Shown here: positions 57,857 through 64,000 of the stretch, piece by piece
Layout of the letters: every line of letters starts with the position of its first letter
Numbering within the stretch: the stretch's first letter is position 1
NCBI RefSeq assembly: GCF_009914755.1
Contig: NC_060939.1
Source: the human T2T-CHM13v2.0 reference genome, Homo sapiens
Direction: 5' to 3' (one strand)
Length of the DNA: 64,000 bases
Notes under the pieces: generated by a model
Told to the model about the DNA's origin: nothing
The model's input: the letters and a program-made list of their open reading frames with translations, nothing else
The model's database searches: none
Position numbers and translations under genes: made by a program

Positions 57857-60020
57857 AGTGTCTATTGGCACAGGTGAATGAGTGAGGTTTTTGTCCTTCA
57901 GGCTTGGGGACAATACATTGACCAATCCCAAGGATAGAGTAGCTACTCCCATAGATTCTCATGGCATCTCTGTGCTGAGACACCAGCTCAATCCAGACAG
58001 TTTCTGAACAGACAAAGCAAAGTTTTAGAAGAGGGACAACTGGGCTTTGTGTTCCACAGGTTTCCCACCTGCCACAGGCCCCATAGGCCCCACATTCCAG
58101 AGTGGAGTGGGGAGATGTTCCAGGAAGAGCTGTGGCTGAGAGACCTCCCTCCTTGAATGTTTCCCACCTTGGAAGAATAAGGCAAGAACTGTTTGCTTGT
58201 CAAGGAAATTCCCTGAGGGAAACATTAACTTTGGAACTTCACAATTTCAACAAGGAAGTTATAAAGGCCAACATCTAAGAGCTGAAACTCTTCCCCCACA
58301 CTCACTAAAAAAGAGAAGGAAAAACTAGGGAAAGAGAGAAAAGCCTTCTCACATAAGTAGTTCCCTGTGATACCACTATGCTTATGTAAAGAGACAGGAG
58401 TTCTGTTTTATAGTTTAAACATAGTAGGAGAGGCTGCACAAACACTGACTGCGTTTGTGATACCAAGTCATAATTTTTCCATGGCATTAGCATTTGAGTT
58501 TTTAATTCACAAAACCCCTCCCTTCTGCTCATGAAGAAAAGAATGACATGCTCTGGTTATGTGTTCATATCACCCTCGATTCCAGAATATAAGAGGTAAA
58601 AATCAGAAAATCCAGGGCGTGTGAGGAACTTTCTGAAGATATTCACTCTAATGACACATCCATTTTGTTGCTTTCTTTTTTCCTTGGTCTTTTTATAACT
58701 CAGAGAGGAACAATGCATTTAATAAAGGCAAGAGAAAGTTTTCAAGGACAAGAATCATTATGCAGACTCACTGACATTTAGCTTTACTGTAGTTAGAACA
58801 AAAGACAGTAGGCTTACACTTAGCATAAGTGATTGGAGTTACTTATAGAGAACTGTTGGACATAATAGCACTACAGACTAAAAGAGTGCCTGGGAAAGAC
58901 TGTGGACTTTGCTTCCTGAAAAGATCAGAGTAATAACAGGGATGGATTTTCTACACTAGTACTATTAAGACACACCAGAGTATTAAACCTCCTATCACTG
59001 CGTCTCAGCAAGTTCTACCTCACGTATCCCAGGAGCCAGGTGCTCCAGACCTGTAACTGTCCAGAGACCCCATGCTCTTTTTTTGTGTTACTCTCTCAGT
59101 TCAAAACACCCACAGGACTTTGGAGAAACACAAGTGGCTTGGGCTACCTAATCTGAGGTATGTCCCCAACCCAACAGCCAGTACCACTGGTGTTGTTAGA
59201 TTCCCTTGCTATAGCATGCACTGTAACAAAACAAAACACGAAGATTTGTCTATGTTGACATACTCCATATATCTACACATGCCAAGTTAAAAATATATAC
59301 CAATGGCAAATCATTTCCAATAATGTTCTATTACATTTTTCTCCATGTATAAAATAATACTGGCTTTCTTTTTCTAATCAAAGTGATAAATTGCTCCTCT
59401 GGAGAGCTATGGTACTTCTACCAGATTAGCCAGATTCTTGGAAGTTAAAATAACCTAATGTGTGAAGATTCTTCATTATCAAGTGCCAGATTTACTTTAG
59501 GAACTAGCTAACTGGAACTAGTCCACTATAGATAGTCCCTATCTTCTTCTCCAGAGGTACAACTGAGCAGAAACAAATAAACTTGTCAGATTTATGAGAA
59601 TGAAGAGTAGAAGTAGGAAAGGAAGGTAAACAGCTTCCATGACCACTTTTTTAATCCTGTAATTTTTCACAGAAAACACATTTGCCAAAGGATAAAATAT
59701 TTCATCCATCCCCTTCTCTTCACCCTCAAAGCTTTTTTCTTTTCTTCTCTTCTCTTAATTAAACACCTCCAAGTATGTTTTTATCTATGACTGGCAGCTC
59801 TCCTCTCCACACCCTTCTCATGCTGTACAAATAAATCCTGTCTACTTCAGAAACGTGTAAGTTCACACAGAATATTAAATATGACATAGACCGCATCTTA
59901 CTAGGATGACATAATGTTGCTCTGTCTGAAGTTAGAATGGGATGCCTTAAAAATAAATATTCTGTTAATCAAGGTCCTCATATATGTACAGTTTAACGTA
60001 ATATTTCCAAATGCTTTTGA

Positions 60021-60080
60021 AAAAATTCACTCATTTATAAGAATTTAGAAAAAAAATCACTTGTTTATAAGAATTTAGAA
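60021..60080 (+). repeat. 30-bp tandem duplication
   Basis: aaaaattcactcatttataagaatttagaa / aaaaaatcacttgtttataagaatttagaa (27/30 identical). Confidence 0.9.
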
Positions 60081-60201
60081 AGATTCCTACCTTGTAGGTG
60101 TGAGGGGGAGGGAATTTTTTTTCCTACCCTAGAGGATCTGATTTTTGTTTTTGACCATGATGACTCAGGAATCAATGCTAAGTCTGGGTTCCTAAAGAGG
60201 T

Positions 60202-60406
60202 ACTGTATGGACTGAATTGTGTTCCCACAGTGTCCCATATGTTGAAGCCTTAACCACCAATGTGAATATTTGGAGACAGGGCCTCTAAGAAGGTAATAAA
60301 GGTTAAATGAAATCGTAAGGATGGAGCCCTAATCTGATAGAACTGGTGTCTAAGAAGAGTAACAGCCACCAGAGAACTCTCCTCATGTGCACAAAGACAA
60401 CCTTAT

Positions 60407-60446
<40 letters not shown>

Positions 60447-60597
60447 CAACTGGCCTCAGAGAGAATGTCCTCAGAATGAAACCTAGAATTCTAGTACCTT
60501 GATATTGGACTTCCAGCCTCCAGAACCATGAGTAATAAATTCTATTGTTTAAGCCCCCCAGGAGTATTTTTTATGGCAGTTTTAGCAAACTAAAACA
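60202..60597 (+). mobile_element. MLT1A-like MaLR solo LTR containing (CA)n at ~60409-60443
   Basis: tatggactgaattgtgttccc...ggagccctaatctgat...ggacttccagcctccagaac...aataaattctattgtttaagcc...ctaaaaca. Confidence 0.88.
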
Positions 60598-60779
60598 GAG
60601 ATCAAGCTCCAGATTGGGAGGAACAGGAGATGGGCCAGGACTAGAAGCCTAGTGAGCAGTTTGAATAGCTAAGATACCCCATGGTTTAGAAAACACAAGG
60701 GAAGCACCAATGTATGTAGAAACATGGCATGTAATGATAGTGAGTTCTGAGATCTAAGCCAGAGGATCAGCTGGCACAG

Positions 60780-60980
60780 AGGTTTGCAGTTTAGAGCAGA
60801 ACAGAATTTGAATGCCTGCTCTTCCTAGCTGTGTAACTTTCACTAGCTTTTTCTGCACCTCAGTTTTCTCATTTGTGACCTATGGACAAACATAGTACCT
60901 ATTTATTGAGATGATTTAATAAAATATATAAGTAAAAAGCTCAGCACAGTACCTGACTCATAGGAAGCACTTACTTAAAT
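60780..60980 (+). mobile_element. MIR
   Basis: cctagctgtgtaac...cctcagttttctcatttgt...cagcacagtacctgactcatagg. Confidence 0.8.
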
Positions 60981-61214
60981 TATCCAAAGCAAGAAAGAGT
61001 CAGAGCAGATAGGCCAAGGTTGTCACTTAACAGCTAATATGGCCAGAGGATAGAGGTAAAACACAGCAGAAGTGACCATTTGTAATGGGAGCCTGTGAAC
61101 AACATTTCCAAAGGTAAAACAACTACCAGAAACCCACAACACTGTAAAGTATGTTGTTGGATCCAGATAAGGGACTGGCTGCTTGCTTTCTGTTCTTAGT
61201 AGCTGTGCTGATAT

Positions 61215-61678
61215 GGATGGATATCCACGTCATAATTCTAGCAGAAAACAGATAGCTCATTCAAAGAGTAAGACTGGTTAAGGAAAGCCAAGGAAGGATG
61301 GTGAAACATCTCTGGGCTAGCAAAAGAGAGAAGACACTAGCAATCCTAGGCCTGACAGCTAAGGGAAAGGGGTGGTTGTTGGATCCCAGGGAGACCTGAA
61401 CAGTGGGAAAGGATCCTGACAGGAGCTGTGGCCTTTTCTAAGGAACACAGCCACTAATAACCAGAGGCCTGGCAGCAAGGGCAGTGGGGAAAAAGTTGAT
61501 CCATCTCTCTTTCCTGCCGCCCTCTGACTTTTTGCCAGCCACTTCCATTAGCCAAACCCAAAGAAAAGCCAGAGGCAAGGGAGCCCAGGTGATGTAGGCC
61601 ATAGACATCAGCCTCATAGGGTCCAGAGTGGAAAAGGGTGGGGTATAAATCTGTAGGGGACACAGAATACACAGTATA
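61215..61678 (-). mobile_element. LTR33A/LTR41-like ERVL LTR
   Basis: cttccattagccaaaccc...agccagaggcaagggagcccaggtgatgtag...tcagcctc. Confidence 0.6.
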
Positions 61679-64000
61679 ACTTACAAAGGAAAATAGGAGT
61701 GTATTATCCCCAGAATAAAATGGAGGTCTGGAAGCACTGGTTTTAGAATTGAGACTAAGTCTTCTTAGGAGCCCTTCTTAGTCTAACTACAGTGTCATCA
61801 ACTCATCAAGGCAGAAACAAGCTAAGGAATCTCTCTGTTCCCTCAGAGGCATGGAGGCCTCTCTCTAGCTACTTTATCCAACACACATGTTTTCTTCTGA
61901 TGATACTCACCCAAGTGTGTTTCAGAATCTTTAGCATCTGATTTCTGCCTGGATGGCTGCTCTTTCCCCCTCCAGCTTTCTGGAAGTTTAAATTACTTTC
62001 TAGAATTCTATTTTCAAGTGAGTTCCAATGACCCTATTTTACCATACCTAGAGACAAGTTTGACTTGAAATGTTTTTGGATCTGGTGCATATACGAACAT
62101 AAATCAGAAACAAATTAAAATCTTCTGTTTCATCTCTAACCTGTGTCCTGAATGTGCTACCTTGTTTTCTCTTAGTCATTGAAGAGTAATGAGACTTTGA
62201 TCATTTTCATCTTGGGATGCATTGCGAAGATGTTGACTTTGGGATCTAGTCCCTTTGCCTCCGCCCCACCGGATATGCACTCATAAGTCTTGTTGACATT
62301 AGTGAATAGTTGTATGTGCACAGCAGAAGGATAAGAGAGACAACTGAGGGGTCAGAGCAGCAATTTTTTTGCTAGGAGCAAAAGCAATACATGTTGTCCA
62401 ACAAAGGAACTAGTGGAGTAGCAATACAGGCTATTATTTTTTCTTTATTCCATAGGGAGACATTATAAGTTCTTCTAATTAATAGAATCCTTTGTGCATC
62501 ACTTTCAGAAGAGCTTTTCCCTTTCAAGAAGGAATCTAACAGCACAGCAAACATATGCATTTTTGGCTGTGTTTCAAGACATATTTATTAAGTAAGTGCT
62601 AGGGTGGAGGATGGTTTTCTTGCCAACAGGATTCATAGGACACAGCACTTGAAAGCACATCAAGGAATGAACCATTTCTATGACAAGCACAATCACTGCC
62701 TGTAACTCCAACTTAGCTGGTGCTGTCAGCACTAACCACATAAACCACAAACTAACTGAAGAACTTCAGGCACCTAAGATTAAACACTGTCTCCCAGTAT
62801 TACGAGGTGCTGGGGCCGATCCCCAGAGCCACTTGAGTTTACAGAAAATAGCAGCTGGTCATACAGAGACCATTTCCGACTTCTTTCCACCATTTTGGGC
62901 ACAGAGATCTTCCTGGAGCTGAACCCTTCCATATCCTGTTGTTAGGAAGGGATGTCCTATTCACCAGCAGGTCTGCTTACTCCACACACCCTTTGCAAAA
63001 CAACATTTCTGGAAGAAATCTAATGACCTATGAAATCCAAGCAGGGAATATTCCAGGTAATTAGGACACAGGCAGGGTTTTTTTTTTTTTTTTTGGTGCC
63101 TCCCCCTTCACTGCCCACGTTCCCTCCCACCTCTCCCTACTCCCAAAGTCAGAAATCTTCTTCCCTTGGAAGCAGCAGTTCCCTCCTACTCCCCCCTCCC
63201 ACCTACCACTTCTTGGTAGCCTATGAAGATGAGATTGGAATAAAAGGTAGCTACAGGGTTCATGTAAGGTGACAAATCTGGCACATGCTAAACACTTAGC
63301 ATTATACAGCCGCCCCTTAAGAGTGCTCCAAATCCATCAGTCATCATGGAAAAATTAGAAGCTTTGCTGGATTCCTGCCTCTCCAAACAGATCTTCTGAA
63401 CTCCTTAATGGACGCTATAATTCAGCACTTGAGAATAGAGCCTCAGACCAGCAGGACTGTCTTTGGAACACACTGTCAGGCAACTTGAAACAGGCAGAGA
63501 GGAGCAAGTCAAAACAATCAGCAATTTCATTAAGAGGATAAGATTAATTCTCAATGAGGCCCAACTCTGACTCACATTGTCAATTATTATATATGATCTC
63601 TATGAGCAGGCCATTTTCCCAATTCACTAAAACATCTGTGCATTTCAATGGGCTAAGCTTTACCCTGCCCACTGCCCTCTAGCTGTTTTTGTTGTGGATT
63701 ATGTAATTTGGTGAGTGATGCAATAAGAAGAATGCTTTCTACCTGTGCTTTTTACAAGATATTGTCCAATGATGAGTGCAACAGGCTTGATGGCTCAGAA
63801 TGTTGGATTTCAACACTCTAATTTGTTCTATGACCTTGGGCCTATTACTTCCTCTCTCCTGGCATCTGCTATAAAAATAAGAAGGAGCAAATATTCTTGC
63901 CTCTTTTTATCACCTGATCTGAAAACCCATTGTAACTGCCATGAAAATAAGCACTGGTCCATGAGACCAATGCCCAGAAAATTCAGGCTAAGATTCCTGG

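Overview
Primate (most likely human) nuclear DNA: AT-rich, CpG-poor intergenic or deep-intronic sequence, roughly half recognisable interspersed repeats. These include about 20 Alu/FLAM copies of J, S and Y age, L1PA/PB and older L1M pieces, L2, MIR, MaLR/ERVL solo LTRs, and MER5/MER20/MER94/MADE1 DNA-transposon remnants. I see no intact protein-coding gene, RNA gene, CpG island or prokaryotic system, and I cannot place the locus. The supplied ORFs are decayed L1 frames, Alu frames, microsatellite frames or chance. The best unexplained structure is a near-perfect AT-rich palindrome at 24318-24613 (113-bp arms, 111/113 identical) with a 25-bp tandem repeat at its centre, which appears to have overwritten part of an old MIR. 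Other leads are a tiny 5'-inverted (twin-primed) L1 inside an Alu linker, an intact MLT2A solo LTR with a DUX4-like site and splice donor, and a candidate minus-strand terminal exon (about 52550-52812) downstream of a minus-strand MLT2 LTR. Repeat subfamily names come from remembered consensus sequences, and boundaries of old repeats are approximate.
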